From the IMG/VR virus record IMGVR_UViG_3300025129_000005: a DNA stretch of 64,000 bases; one strand, given 5' to 3'. How positions within the stretch are numbered: position 1 is the stretch's first letter; every line of letters begins with the position of its first letter. A program made the translations under genes and the position numbers. Of the stretch, positions 16,205-26,530 are shown in pieces. This stretch comes from a virus (Duplodnaviria > Caudoviricetes). The notes beneath the pieces were generated by a model that was not told the origin of the DNA, ran no database searches, and saw nothing but the letters and a program-made list of their open reading frames with translations.

Positions 16205-16723
16205 ATGGAACCAGTGATTGTGCTTAATGCAGATTATTCATTCCTAAGTGTTACTTCATGGCAAAATGCTATTTGTCTTTTGTATGAAGGAAAGGCTCAT
16301 CCCGTTGAAGAATCAGACCGAGTTGTACGTAATTTTGACGGAACAGTTAAAATGATTGTTCCTATGATGATTCGTGTGATTACGTATATTCGTAAAAGAT
16401 TTGGTCAAAGTGTGCCGTACTCAAAAAGAAATGTTTTTATGAGAGATGACCAAACCTGTCAATTCTGTGGGACATATATTGAATATGAATCAGATTGTAC
16501 TATCGATCATGTGATACCTAAATCAAGAGGAGGAAAGTCAACTTTTGAGAATTGCGTTACTGCATGTAAACCTTGTAATCATAGGAAAGCTGACCGCTTA
16601 TGCTCTGAATCCAAAATGTTTTTGAGACGAAAGCCATTTAGACCTACGATTGGGGAATATGTTCAATATTGGACTAAAAAGTATAGAATTCATGAAAGGA
16701 TTGAAATGTCAATGAAAGATTGA
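16205..16723 (+). CDS. HNH endonuclease
   Basis: RD..TCQFCG, TIDHVIPKSRGG...N.V.ACKPCN..K. Confidence 0.9.
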   Translation: MEPVIVLNADYSFLSVTSWQNAICLLYEGKAHPVEESDRVVRNFDGTVKMIVPMMIRVITYIRKRFGQSVPYSKRNVFMRDDQTCQFCGTYIEYESDCTIDHVIPKSRGGKSTFENCVTACKPCNHRKADRLCSESKMFLRRKPFRPTIGEYVQYWTKKYRIHERIEMSMKD

Positions 16724-17493
16724 TAACAAGGGGTGGTTTTCTTTTAAATCACCTCTTTTGTCATTTACATATCTCAAATTTTACATTATATTGTCACTCG
16801 TATAAAATTAATAATATAAATGATGGAGTATATTTAGTGATTACAAATAAAGATGTGTATATTTCCTTTAGAAGGGCACAAGGAAACTCAAGTGGTAGAG
16901 GATTTCGTATTCCGAAGGATTGGGATCAGTTCCTTGAAAAGATGAATCCTAATAACCTTAAATGGTTGAATGATGCTACTATGTACTTTAACACAACATA
17001 TTCTAATATCGATCTTGATGTATATATGTCATGTGGTTTTGAGTTATGGAAAGGGTTTACATATAAACACCTTCTTAATGAAAAGGTTATTAATTTATAT
17101 ATCCATAAAGATAAAGTTTGTAAAAGAAAGATTGAAGTTACTCACCAAGAAATCAAAGATTCATTTGACAATATTTTTGATTACATGTTGGATAAACCTA
17201 TCAGACCCGGATATAGTGAATTACAGAATTTTTGCAAATTCCGCGACGGTGAGATAAGAGTCTGTGTGAATATGTATGTACAGGGAAATATTGACTCAAT
17301 AACATTAGCTTACTGTGTTAATAAAGGGTATATAAATCTCACTGATGATGAACGCGCACTTTCTCCCTACCTTGTGAAGCGATACAGGGAAATATTAGCG
17401 CAACTTGAAGACATAAAACCATTTATCATACAAAAGGAGAATGAATTGAATGAAAAAGTCAGAGGACAAACCTTATCTCGAGAAACCTCTTAA
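16720..17493 (+). CDS. Hypothetical protein, possibly gp59-like helicase loader (true start may be the GTG near 16837)
   Basis: Lies immediately upstream of gp32 as in T4-like phages; motif evidence is weak. Confidence 0.4.
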   Translation: MITRGGFLLNHLFCHLHISNFTLYCHSYKINNINDGVYLVITNKDVYISFRRAQGNSSGRGFRIPKDWDQFLEKMNPNNLKWLNDATMYFNTTYSNIDLDVYMSCGFELWKGFTYKHLLNEKVINLYIHKDKVCKRKIEVTHQEIKDSFDNIFDYMLDKPIRPGYSELQNFCKFRDGEIRVCVNMYVQGNIDSITLAYCVNKGYINLTDDERALSPYLVKRYREILAQLEDIKPFIIQKENELNEKVRGQTLSRETS

Positions 17494-17645
17494 AAAAGAG
17501 ACAACCAAAGAACAGCTTATTTATGGTACAGGGGAAACTTTAAAGGAAAAAGAGGAAAGATCTGAGAATCAAAAAAAGATTTTGATTACCGAATAAACAA
17601 GTTAAAAAATAAATGTATTATTTGTGCTAAAAATATCAGATAGGG

Positions 17646-17674
17646 TTTACATAGCAACACAAAAACCTTATAAT
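17646..17674 (+). promoter_or_regulatory. T4-early-like promoter upstream of gp32
   Basis: G-TTTACA-17 nt-TATAAT; similar at 21166-21194 and 30099-30127. Confidence 0.75.
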
Positions 17675-17734
17675 TCAGTAACCGTTAAAAGAACGGAACA
17701 GACATTAATTTAATCTACAGTATAGGAGACAAAC

Positions 17735-18709
17735 ATGAGTAAATGGCTAAGAAAAGACGATTATGATGATTTTGCTAACCAAAAAGCGAAAGAGGCAGAA
17801 AACAATAAGGATGATTCATCTAATCACTTTTTTCGAAAATGGAAAAACCCTCAAATGGGTACAGTGGATCGAGCCAAGGAATATAAAATTCGACTTTTAC
17901 CTGATCCAGTAAAGGGATTTTATAAGGAATATATGTATCACGGTTTTCGTGTTGGGGAAAAATTCAAGTATTTCCTTTGTAATAAAACCTACGGTCTTGA
18001 GGAATATTGTCCATTTTGCGAAGCTACCAAGATTCTTTATCAAGGCAACGACACAGACAAACGTAAGGCAAGTCAGTACAAACGTAACACACGTTATGTG
18101 TCTAACGTGTATGTCATTGAGGATCCTCGAGATGTAGATGTCAAGGATGAGGCATACAAAGTGAACAACACTGTTCGTTTGTATGAGTTCCCCTCTACAG
18201 TGGAATCAAAAATTTCCAATGAAATCAATGATAAAGATCAGGGATACGGAATGAAAATTTTCGATCCAGAAGATGGATTTGACTTCATCTTGAAGGTCAA
18301 AGCGAAGCCCAAGGACAAAAATGGTAAAGAATGGCCCGATTACGGTGATACAATTTTTGCCCGTAGAGCAACTCCAATTGCTGAAACAGAGGAAAAAATA
18401 TCTGAGATTATGGCGCAATGTATTTCTCTTGAAGAGTACATCAAATCTTTGGTTCTTTCTGTGGATGAGATGGAAACACTTTTGAAATCTGAGATGCTGT
18501 GGGATGATGTGGGTCATAACTTCGAGAAGTATTATAAACGTGGGACTTCGGATACCGTTATGAGTTCTTCTGATACTAAAATGTCATCAGAAAGCCCCGT
18601 TAACGCGAATACAACTCAGGAATCTCAAGCATCATCAAACGTTGCCGAATCAAATGATAATGATCAAGATGATACTGATGCATTGTTGGCAGAATTACAA
18701 AAAATGTAA
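17735..18709 (+). CDS. gp32: T4 gp32-like single-stranded DNA-binding protein
   Basis: IRLLP, CPFCE, NVYVIEDP, V.LYEF, FDP..G.DF.LK, acidic tail DDTDALLAEL. Confidence 0.85.
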   Translation: MSKWLRKDDYDDFANQKAKEAENNKDDSSNHFFRKWKNPQMGTVDRAKEYKIRLLPDPVKGFYKEYMYHGFRVGEKFKYFLCNKTYGLEEYCPFCEATKILYQGNDTDKRKASQYKRNTRYVSNVYVIEDPRDVDVKDEAYKVNNTVRLYEFPSTVESKISNEINDKDQGYGMKIFDPEDGFDFILKVKAKPKDKNGKEWPDYGDTIFARRATPIAETEEKISEIMAQCISLEEYIKSLVLSVDEMETLLKSEMLWDDVGHNFEKYYKRGTSDTVMSSSDTKMSSESPVNANTTQESQASSNVAESNDNDQDDTDALLAELQKM

Positions 18710-18817
18710 TCATTATAAAATCATTTAAATGTGAAAGGGTTCTTTAGTATAAATACTATTGAACCCTTTTTATTAGATTTAAAATTTATATTACTACAAG
18801 GACTGTATATTAGAGTC

Positions 18818-19372
18818 ATGACACAATTTAAAGTTTATTTGAATGAAATCACAGGAACTGTTGCTTATTGGATATCACCGAGAGGTGAAGTTCTTCCTGT
18901 ATCAACTAATCACATCGATGTTGTTATTAAAAACCCCAAAAAGTTTGGATTAACCACTGATGTGATTGAGAAGACGTATGAAAAATACAATGAACGTATG
19001 GGACAAGAAGGTAAAGCTAGAGAAGAGATAATCATTAATTTATTAAATAAAGGATTTATTCGTATTCGAAGATACAAGAATCAATACTCATTAAACATTG
19101 GCAAAATGACAAAAAAGATTAAAGATATTCTATTTGATTGGGCGGATAAACTTTTAAATACTGGTATTAATGGAATGAGGGAACGAGATAAATATATGCC
19201 CATTAAAATACTTGGATTTGGTGATAATTTTCAAAAAACCTTGACTATTCAGGATGTGGCTAATGATAAGTTATATGAAGGGGACGAGTCATTTGACATA
19301 AGCAATGCAGTAGTCATAGTCGAGTCTTCGGAGGATTTTATGTATGAACAGAAATTATTGGACAATCTATGA
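18818..19372 (+). CDS. Hypothetical protein under a late promoter
   Basis: N-terminus MTQFKVYLNE; YWISP.G. Confidence 0.7.
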   Translation: MTQFKVYLNEITGTVAYWISPRGEVLPVSTNHIDVVIKNPKKFGLTTDVIEKTYEKYNERMGQEGKAREEIIINLLNKGFIRIRRYKNQYSLNIGKMTKKIKDILFDWADKLLNTGINGMRERDKYMPIKILGFGDNFQKTLTIQDVANDKLYEGDESFDISNAVVIVESSEDFMYEQKLLDNL

Positions 19373-19587
19373 TGATGATAGTAGAAAATTTCAACGAAAA
19401 TTGATAGATACTTATGCAGTTGATGTAGACTTTGATCACACATTAACAAAAGTTTTAAAGATAGTGTCTATGGGACAAGGCACGTTAGATCATTTCGATA
19501 AAGAATCCGATTTATTTGAAGTATAATTATAGATATTAATGAGAAAATAGAAAAGTAGAAACCGAAGTTTAATTGGAGAAATAATCT

Positions 19588-20109
19588 GTGGCGAAAGGAA
19601 AAGGTAAGGGTGGGACATGGGAACGTGATGTTGCTAAAACATTAACTAAATGGTTGACAGGAGTAGAGAAACCCTATGTCTGGTGGAGAGCGCCGGGTAG
19701 TGGTTCCGTGGCAACCGTGTCCATAGAAAACAAAGAACTTTCTGGTGATATAATATCATTAAGACCAGAGGGAACATTTCTTACCTCAAAGTTTAGTATT
19801 GAATGTAAGGTAGGTTACCCTAATAGTAATTTTCATAAGCATCTGAAAGGCGTTAAGAATGACGAAATCCGTCTATTCTGGGAGCAATGTTGTAACGACG
19901 CCTGTAGAGCAGATAAATTACCTATGTTGATATATAAGAAAAAACAATTTAACGCTTTGATTGGCATATCTATAATAAACGACGATTTACGAAAAATCCC
20001 TTCTATTACAATGACATGGGGCGAATGTAATAATTTATCTATATGTCATTTTTTTGACATGACAGAGTTTTTAAATACAGTAACTCCAGAGGATATTAAG
20101 ATTTTATGA
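19588..20109 (+). CDS. Holliday junction resolvase, Hjc/PD-(D/E)XK type
   Basis: KG..WER..A..L, GDI, IECK, WEQC..DA. Confidence 0.75.
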   Translation: MAKGKGKGGTWERDVAKTLTKWLTGVEKPYVWWRAPGSGSVATVSIENKELSGDIISLRPEGTFLTSKFSIECKVGYPNSNFHKHLKGVKNDEIRLFWEQCCNDACRADKLPMLIYKKKQFNALIGISIINDDLRKIPSITMTWGECNNLSICHFFDMTEFLNTVTPEDIKIL

Positions 20110-20375
20110 ATACAGAGATGACGGTAGATGAGTTTCATGAGCTATTAACAGTATATATTGTTCAGTTATCTCGTGAAACCAGAGGAATGTTAAGTGATCC
20201 TAATAATACAGTATTTACTCCAGAATTTGATGATCTGTTGAGATATATTCAATCAAAAAGTTTGGGCAAAATAAAAACAGTTTACATGAGAGAAAGTGCG
20301 GCTACAAAATTAAGATATAATCGATTAAAGAAGTCCATTAAAAATGCAAATAATATAAGATTGACGGTGATATGA
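20106..20375 (+). CDS. Hypothetical protein
   Basis: Translationally coupled ORF. Confidence 0.6.
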   Translation: MNTEMTVDEFHELLTVYIVQLSRETRGMLSDPNNTVFTPEFDDLLRYIQSKSLGKIKTVYMRESAATKLRYNRLKKSIKNANNIRLTVI

Positions 20376-20809
20376 GTAGTATAGGTGTACATTCAGATGA
20401 ATTTTGTGATATTGTCATGATATATCTATTTGATATGTTACGTGACGAAGGTCTTTTGCCTGAAAATATAAGATTTGTCGATTTTATTAAAAAAATGGAA
20501 GGGAGAGGAGCAAAAGCAATACTTTATGGAAAGTATTTGGATATGAATACCAATACCAGAATAAAGTACAAGATGATCAAAGATGCTCTACAGGGGACAG
20601 GTGTCGCCAGAATTGAGATAAATAAAGGTGAAACGGAATATATAAACGAAGATGTCCCATTTGATCGCGAACTATGCAAACAAATATTCAGGACGATAAA
20701 AGATGTGCGTATGAAGCATCCTTCCAAGATATTACGAGAGGATAGGATAGATAAAATAATAGATTATTGTGTGGAACAAAAAAAGAAAATGGAGGCACAG
20801 AATGGGTGA
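20372..20809 (+). CDS. Hypothetical protein
   Basis: Translationally coupled ORF. Confidence 0.65.
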   Translation: MSSIGVHSDEFCDIVMIYLFDMLRDEGLLPENIRFVDFIKKMEGRGAKAILYGKYLDMNTNTRIKYKMIKDALQGTGVARIEINKGETEYINEDVPFDRELCKQIFRTIKDVRMKHPSKILREDRIDKIIDYCVEQKKKMEAQNG

Positions 20810-21164
20810 ATTTATGGGTGATAGTGGTGCTAATCACGCCAATGATAATAGAAACGTTGTAACTATGGGTGGAGAAAATCAAAACACCAATGCATCGGGA
20901 ACGGAATCACAACCTTCAGGATATGAGACTGATGTTGATGGTGTTATGGCTAATGATATCATAAAACAAGGTAAGGATGAGTTTCCTTGTTTTGATGTAT
21001 CTCCCGAAGAATTTAATCAGAACATGCAAGACGGTCGTAGACGTTTGCGTTGGAAGTCGGAATCTCCTGCACAGAAATATATGTCAGGAACAAAATATAA
21101 TCGACCTTTTTATGTTAGAACAACTGATGATTCTGGTAAAAAGTATGTCAGAAAGATTAAATAA
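20802..21164 (+). CDS. Hypothetical protein
   Basis: SD GGAGG; ATG at 20802. Confidence 0.65.
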   Translation: MGEFMGDSGANHANDNRNVVTMGGENQNTNASGTESQPSGYETDVDGVMANDIIKQGKDEFPCFDVSPEEFNQNMQDGRRRLRWKSESPAQKYMSGTKYNRPFYVRTTDDSGKKYVRKIK

Positions 21165-21217
21165 GTTTACATTTCATATTACATAACATAATATAAAAGA
21201 AAAATTGGAGTAATAAT

Positions 21218-22114
21218 TTGAAAAAAACAATTTGTTTCGACGTGAATAACCTTGCTATGAGGAATTTATTCGGTCAAGATGTTTTAAAGTACGATCCTGA
21301 TAATAGTAAGAAAGTGGTTGATATGGATACGGAAACATTCAAATTTCGTGTCTTTGATTCTATCTACAAGTCTTTGTTAAACGTTCACGGGGTCAATGAA
21401 ATAGTTTTGGCTATGGATGATAGACATTCGTGGAGAAAACTTTATTGGTCTAAATATAAATCACATCGCAAAGAATCCAGAGATAAATTAGAGTTTGATT
21501 GGGATGGATATTATGATATGTATGAAAGTTTCCTTTTGGAAATCAAAAATCATTTTCCATTTAAAGTCATTAGATGTAAAGACACCGAGGCTGATGATGT
21601 TATAGGTGTGTTATGCCTTGAAAAGCAACAGGAATGGTATATTATTTCTAACGATAAAGATTTTTTGCAATTATGTAAAAAGAATGTTACTATATATAAC
21701 CCTTTAAAAAAGACTCATGTAGCACATCCAAACCCCGAACTTTTCTTGGTAGAGGAATGCATGAAGGGTCAGGCAAAGGATAACATTTTTAATATTAAAA
21801 CGCCTTTGGAGCATCCAGATGACAAAAGAAAGCCGGGGTTTGGTGACAAAGCATTCGAAAAGGTGTTATCATATGCTGGTGGATGGGAAAAATGGTTAGA
21901 AGATAACAATTTACGTGAACGTTATGAATTTAATCGTAATTTAATGGATTTTTCTCGTATTCCCTCAGAAATAAGAAGACGTGTTCTTCGTGACTATGAC
22001 GAATATATTAAACCGAATCCTGATAATATATTAAGTTTTTTTAAGAAATATAAATGGCCGGATTATTTGGAAAATTTCACCCAAGTAGAGAATAAAATAT
22101 TGAACGTGTATTGA
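21218..22114 (+). CDS. rnh: T4 RNase H-like 5'-3' exonuclease (FEN family)
   Basis: SWRK..W..YK..R, EADD.IG, ISNDKDFLQL, G...DNI. Confidence 0.88.
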   Translation: MKKTICFDVNNLAMRNLFGQDVLKYDPDNSKKVVDMDTETFKFRVFDSIYKSLLNVHGVNEIVLAMDDRHSWRKLYWSKYKSHRKESRDKLEFDWDGYYDMYESFLLEIKNHFPFKVIRCKDTEADDVIGVLCLEKQQEWYIISNDKDFLQLCKKNVTIYNPLKKTHVAHPNPELFLVEECMKGQAKDNIFNIKTPLEHPDDKRKPGFGDKAFEKVLSYAGGWEKWLEDNNLRERYEFNRNLMDFSRIPSEIRRRVLRDYDEYIKPNPDNILSFFKKYKWPDYLENFTQVENKILNVY

Positions 22115-22190
22115 CACAATACGATGAACTTGGTAATATTAATCATACTGAGTTTCCTAACCTATAACCACTAACAAAAAGGATTAATCA

Positions 22191-22394
22191 ATGAACAACT
22201 ATGACGGGGCTTACAAGGTAGTCAACAAAGAATGGCATCAATCACTTCCTCAATTTTTTGATACGTTTGAAGAAGCACTTTTGGCTCTTAACAAATGGGA
22301 TAAAGGTGCTTGTATCGAACAGATTGTTGGGGATTCCGTTGATGTAGTCTGGGAACCGAAATATGTGTTATTCATAAGTAATGTCGATTTTTAA
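22191..22394 (+). CDS. Small hypothetical protein
   Basis: sigma70-like TTGACA-17-TAATAT upstream. Confidence 0.55.
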   Translation: MNNYDGAYKVVNKEWHQSLPQFFDTFEEALLALNKWDKGACIEQIVGDSVDVVWEPKYVLFISNVDF

Positions 22395-22488
22395 ATAATA
22401 ACAATATATGTAAAAATTATTAAGGGTCTTAATTGACCCTTAATTTTTTTATTTACAGTTATGTTGTTGTAAAAAGGAGAAATTTGTT

Positions 22489-23028
22489 ATGAAAAAAGAA
22501 GAGTATGTTAATATGTTCTCTAACATTGCCGGACACATTTACGATACATTATTTAAGTCAGATGTCGAGATCCCGGTAAAGATCGTTTATCTTGATACTT
22601 ATAATGGTGGTGAGGACAATCAAAAACTTTTGTACGCTAAAGAAGGTGATAGTGGATTTGACCTGAGAGCATCCACAAATGAACAAGGTGGATATCAGAT
22701 TGCCCCCGGTGGTACGATTGTTGTACCGACAGGCATCAAGGTGGCTACACCAAAAGGTACAGAATTACAGGTAAGAACCCGTTCAGGTTCACCCCTTAAA
22801 AGAGGATTTAATGTCGCTAACTCTCCGGGCACAGTGGATTCTGGCTACACTGGTGAAGTTGGGGTGTTGTGTCATAACCTTTCCGATAAAGTCATTGAAA
22901 TTGAGTGTGGCGAAAGAATTGCCCAAGGTGTTATTTGTCCTGTTTATAAAGCCAACTTCGTTGAAGTTGATGAACTTGACCAGACAGAACGTGGTGAAGG
23001 TGCATACAACAGTACAGGAGTTAAATAA
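22489..23028 (+). CDS. dut: Trimeric dUTPase
   Basis: SGFDL, RSG, NSPGTVDSGYTGE, RIAQ, RGEGAYNSTG. Confidence 0.95.
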   Translation: MKKEEYVNMFSNIAGHIYDTLFKSDVEIPVKIVYLDTYNGGEDNQKLLYAKEGDSGFDLRASTNEQGGYQIAPGGTIVVPTGIKVATPKGTELQVRTRSGSPLKRGFNVANSPGTVDSGYTGEVGVLCHNLSDKVIEIECGERIAQGVICPVYKANFVEVDELDQTERGEGAYNSTGVK

Positions 23029-23088
23029 CGGACGAAGGAATTGTTGGGAATATTACGTTTAATCTAACACAAAAAATGTGAGGTAATT

Positions 23089-23427
23089 ATGGTAACTATA
23101 GACGGAAGAAAAATTCAAGAGATTAAAGAACATTATCAAGAAATGGCAAAAAAAGAGATTGATGGAGCGAGAAATGACCCTGAAACTAAAGAATTAAAAG
23201 AAGATGATATTCAGGCGATTGAGAGTAAATATCAGTTTAAAGCAAATTCTAAAATTACAGAACTTAAAAAATTAGGTCCAGAAAAATTGTTCAAATTGGG
23301 ATATGCTCATGACCTTAGTGGGTGGAGATCTGGGTACACAAAACCTACCATTGAAGCCCGAAAAGAAAAGAATCGTGCCAAAAATAAGCTGTCACGTAAA
23401 GCAAGACGATCACAGAATAAAAAATAA
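23089..23427 (+). CDS. Basic hypothetical protein
   Basis: SD GAGG plus ATG. Confidence 0.65.
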   Translation: MVTIDGRKIQEIKEHYQEMAKKEIDGARNDPETKELKEDDIQAIESKYQFKANSKITELKKLGPEKLFKLGYAHDLSGWRSGYTKPTIEARKEKNRAKNKLSRKARRSQNKK

Positions 23428-23493
23428 GATATTGTAATAAACACCGCTGCTCTGGCGACCTTATTAGAGTAGTGGTGTTTTTTGGGAGGAAAA

Positions 23494-25407
23494 ATGTCAT
23501 TAGAAAACTTAAATACAGCAGAATATTCTAAATTTATCCATAAGAGTAGATATGCTCGTTGGGATGATAAAATAAAAAGACGTGAAGAATGGGATGAAAC
23601 TATTGACCGTCTTATAAATTTTTGGAAAGAAGAAAAGCCAGAATTCAATGAAGTCGCAGATGAAATTCGAGAAGCGATTATAAACACTAAAGTTATGCCA
23701 TCTATGCGAAGCATGATGACCGCAGGCAAAGCACTAAATCGTGACAATGTTGCTGGTTACAACTGTTCAGCGGTGGCAGTAGATCATCCGAGAGTTTTTG
23801 ATGAGACTATGTTTATTTTGATGTGCGGAGTTGGTCTCGGGTTCTCTGTAGAGCGTCAATATATTAATCAGTTACCTGAAATCGCGGAGGAAATGCATAA
23901 AACTGATACAACCATCGTGGTCGCAGACTCTAAAATTGGTTGGGCATCTTCATTTCGCCAGTTAATCTCCTTGTTATATCAAGGCATGATCCCTAGATGG
24001 GATGTGTCAAAGGTTCGTAAAGCAGGTGAGAAGCTGAAAACTTTTGGTGGTCGTGCGTCAGGACCAGATCCATTGGTTGATTTGTTCGAGTTTACCGTTA
24101 AACTGTTTATAGATGCTCGTGGGCGCAAACTTAATTCTATAGAATGTCACGATCTTATGTGTAAAATTGCCGATATCGTGGTAGTAGGTGGTGTTAGACG
24201 TTCTGCCCTTATCTCTTTATCTAACCTAACAGATCAGAGGATGAGGAATGCAAAACAAGGACAATGGTGGATATCCGACCCACAAAGAGCGTTGGCAAAT
24301 AATTCTGTCGCATATACAGAGAAGCCTGATATGGCTATTTTTATGGATGAATGGAAGGCTTTATATATGTCAAAATGTGGCGAAAGAGGTATTTTTAATC
24401 GCGTTGCCGCTATAAAACAACAACCAAAAAGACGTGCTGATCTGGGATATGTTGACTATCTAACCAATCCATGTTCCGAAATAGTTCTAAGATCAAAGCA
24501 ATTTTGTAATCTAACGTCTTGTGTGATAAGATGTGATGATACACTAGATGATTTGTTGGAGAAGGTCAGATTAGCAACAATTTTAGGAACTTTCCAAAGC
24601 ACATTAACCAGATTCCGATATCTATCATCTGCTTGGACAAAGAACTGCGAAGAAGAGAGATTATTAGGGGTATCCATGACAGGTATTATGGATCATCCTG
24701 TAATGAATGGCAGTCAAGGGTACGATGTTTTGAAAAAATGGTTGAATGAGTTAAGGGAGTGTGCTAAATCGGTAAATGCAGTTTGGGCGAAAAAATTAGG
24801 CATTAATCCATCTACCGCGATAACATGCATCAAACCAGAAGGTACAGTATCACAATTGGTTGATTCCTCAAGTGGTATACATCCTAGATACAGCCAGTAT
24901 TACATACGTACAATCAGGGCTGATAAAAAAGACCCTTTAGCCCAATTAATGGTTGATAAGGGGTTTCCTGTAGAAGATGATGTAATGAAGCCTGACACTG
25001 GTTATGTATTCTCATTTCCAATAAAAGCACCAGAAAGTTCGGTATTTCGTAATGATATGAATGCCATACAACAACTTGAATTATGGAAGATTTACCAAGA
25101 AGAGTATTGTGAACATAAACCATCTATTACAGTATACGTTGAGGATCATGAGTGGATGGAAGTAGGTGCATGGGTGTATAGTCACTTTGATATTCTTAGT
25201 GGGGTTGCGTTTTTACCAAAAGAAAGTCACTCTATACCACAATCACCATATCAAGAGATAGATAAAGAAAAGTATGACATGTTTTTAAGTAAAATGCCCG
25301 CCAATATTGACTGGACAGAACTTTCAAACTATGAAAAGGTTGATACAACAGAAGGTATGAAGGAGTATGCATGTACTGGTAATTCGTGTGAATTTGTGGG
25401 AGTTTAA
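23494..25407 (+). CDS. nrdJ: Class II (adenosylcobalamin-dependent) ribonucleoside-triphosphate reductase
   Basis: PSMR, YNC, GGVRRSA.I, TNPCSEI, CNL, TCIKPEGTVSQL, EHKPS.TV, C-terminal C...C. Confidence 0.95.
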   Translation: MSLENLNTAEYSKFIHKSRYARWDDKIKRREEWDETIDRLINFWKEEKPEFNEVADEIREAIINTKVMPSMRSMMTAGKALNRDNVAGYNCSAVAVDHPRVFDETMFILMCGVGLGFSVERQYINQLPEIAEEMHKTDTTIVVADSKIGWASSFRQLISLLYQGMIPRWDVSKVRKAGEKLKTFGGRASGPDPLVDLFEFTVKLFIDARGRKLNSIECHDLMCKIADIVVVGGVRRSALISLSNLTDQRMRNAKQGQWWISDPQRALANNSVAYTEKPDMAIFMDEWKALYMSKCGERGIFNRVAAIKQQPKRRADLGYVDYLTNPCSEIVLRSKQFCNLTSCVIRCDDTLDDLLEKVRLATILGTFQSTLTRFRYLSSAWTKNCEEERLLGVSMTGIMDHPVMNGSQGYDVLKKWLNELRECAKSVNAVWAKKLGINPSTAITCIKPEGTVSQLVDSSSGIHPRYSQYYIRTIRADKKDPLAQLMVDKGFPVEDDVMKPDTGYVFSFPIKAPESSVFRNDMNAIQQLELWKIYQEEYCEHKPSITVYVEDHEWMEVGAWVYSHFDILSGVAFLPKESHSIPQSPYQEIDKEKYDMFLSKMPANIDWTELSNYEKVDTTEGMKEYACTGNSCEFVGV

Positions 25408-25441
25408 AAATCACTTGACTTCATTTTTCATTTAAGTTAGG

Positions 25442-25693
25442 ATGAACCATTACATAAACCCATATGAGAAGGAGTATCCAATGAAAATTGAAGTAGGCGA
25501 AGAAGTTAAAGATGTTGTATATAATTTCCCGGTAACACTGGATGAAGAAGCTAGAGCTTTACTGGTAAAGTCAGCAAAAGATAAGATCACTTTTGAAGAA
25601 CTCGAAAATCTTATGATTGAATGGTATATGGTAAAGGTTGTTTGTGAAAAGGCAGAAGAAATGGTAAATTCATTGCCCAAAGAGGATAAATAA
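25442..25693 (+). CDS. Hypothetical protein
   Basis: ORF track. Confidence 0.55.
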   Translation: MNHYINPYEKEYPMKIEVGEEVKDVVYNFPVTLDEEARALLVKSAKDKITFEELENLMIEWYMVKVVCEKAEEMVNSLPKEDK

Positions 25694-25694
25694 T

Positions 25695-25991
25695 ATGGAA
25701 CGTGTTAGATCGAAGACGGGATCTGAAATTGCACGTGAAATGGGTATTTCACGACAGGCGGTTAGCCAAACACTCAAACGATCAATCAAAAAGATTTATG
25801 ATGGTTTGCTTGAGAGAGGTATTACAGATAATCCAACACAAACATTGATGTATATGATGGAGTGGTTTGGTTTGACTGATGACGAAGACATTCAGCAATT
25901 TTATGATATGTTCCCCAAAAAAATAAAGGATGAAGTTAAGATGCATGCAAGAACTTATACTATTGGAGAATATAGAGACTCTTTACACTAA
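25695..25991 (+). CDS. Sigma region 4-like helix-turn-helix protein
   Basis: SEIAREMGISRQAVSQTLKR. Confidence 0.75.
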   Translation: MERVRSKTGSEIAREMGISRQAVSQTLKRSIKKIYDGLLERGITDNPTQTLMYMMEWFGLTDDEDIQQFYDMFPKKIKDEVKMHARTYTIGEYRDSLH

Positions 25992-26227
25992 ATTGTGCAG
26001 GGAGTGTGTATATTGTATCATTTTAGATGGCATTAGAGAATGTGAATGGGATCTTTTTGAACCTGTTTGCAAAATAAAATCCGAACTTTATACACCAATT
26101 GAGTTTGATTGTATAAATTTCATACAAAGATAACTGTCAAGAAATGGTTTATTCTAATCATGAATATCAATGAATTTGTAGTTAAAAGTTGGGTAAATAT
26201 CAATAATAATTATGTTACTATTCACCC

Positions 26228-26530
26228 ATGACAACAGTAATACATATCAATTGGGCACCGAAAGGTTGGGAAGAGAATCCCGAATATGTTTACATTGGTC
26301 GTTCCGGTAAAGGGATGAGTGGTTACTTCGGTAACCCATTTCCCATACAGACAGGACGGAAACGTGGTTCTACGCTTGAAAAGTATCGCAAATATCTTGA
26401 ACACAGACTTATGACTGACACTGAGTTTTATCGAAGGGTTAAAGACCTCAAAGGTAAGACTTTGGTGTGCTTCTGTAAACCGAAACCTTGTCACGGTGAT
26501 ATCCTGATCGAATATATTGAGAGAATTTAA
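26228..26530 (+). CDS. DUF4326 family protein
   Basis: YIGRSG...FGNPF, L.GK.LVCFCKP.PCHGDIL. Confidence 0.85.
   Translation: MTTVIHINWAPKGWEENPEYVYIGRSGKGMSGYFGNPFPIQTGRKRGSTLEKYRKYLEHRLMTDTEFYRRVKDLKGKTLVCFCKPKPCHGDILIEYIERI

Noticed and set aside
23427-23493. Cobalamin riboswitch upstream of nrdJ
   Set aside because: The intergenic space is only ~65 nt and has no B12-box motif
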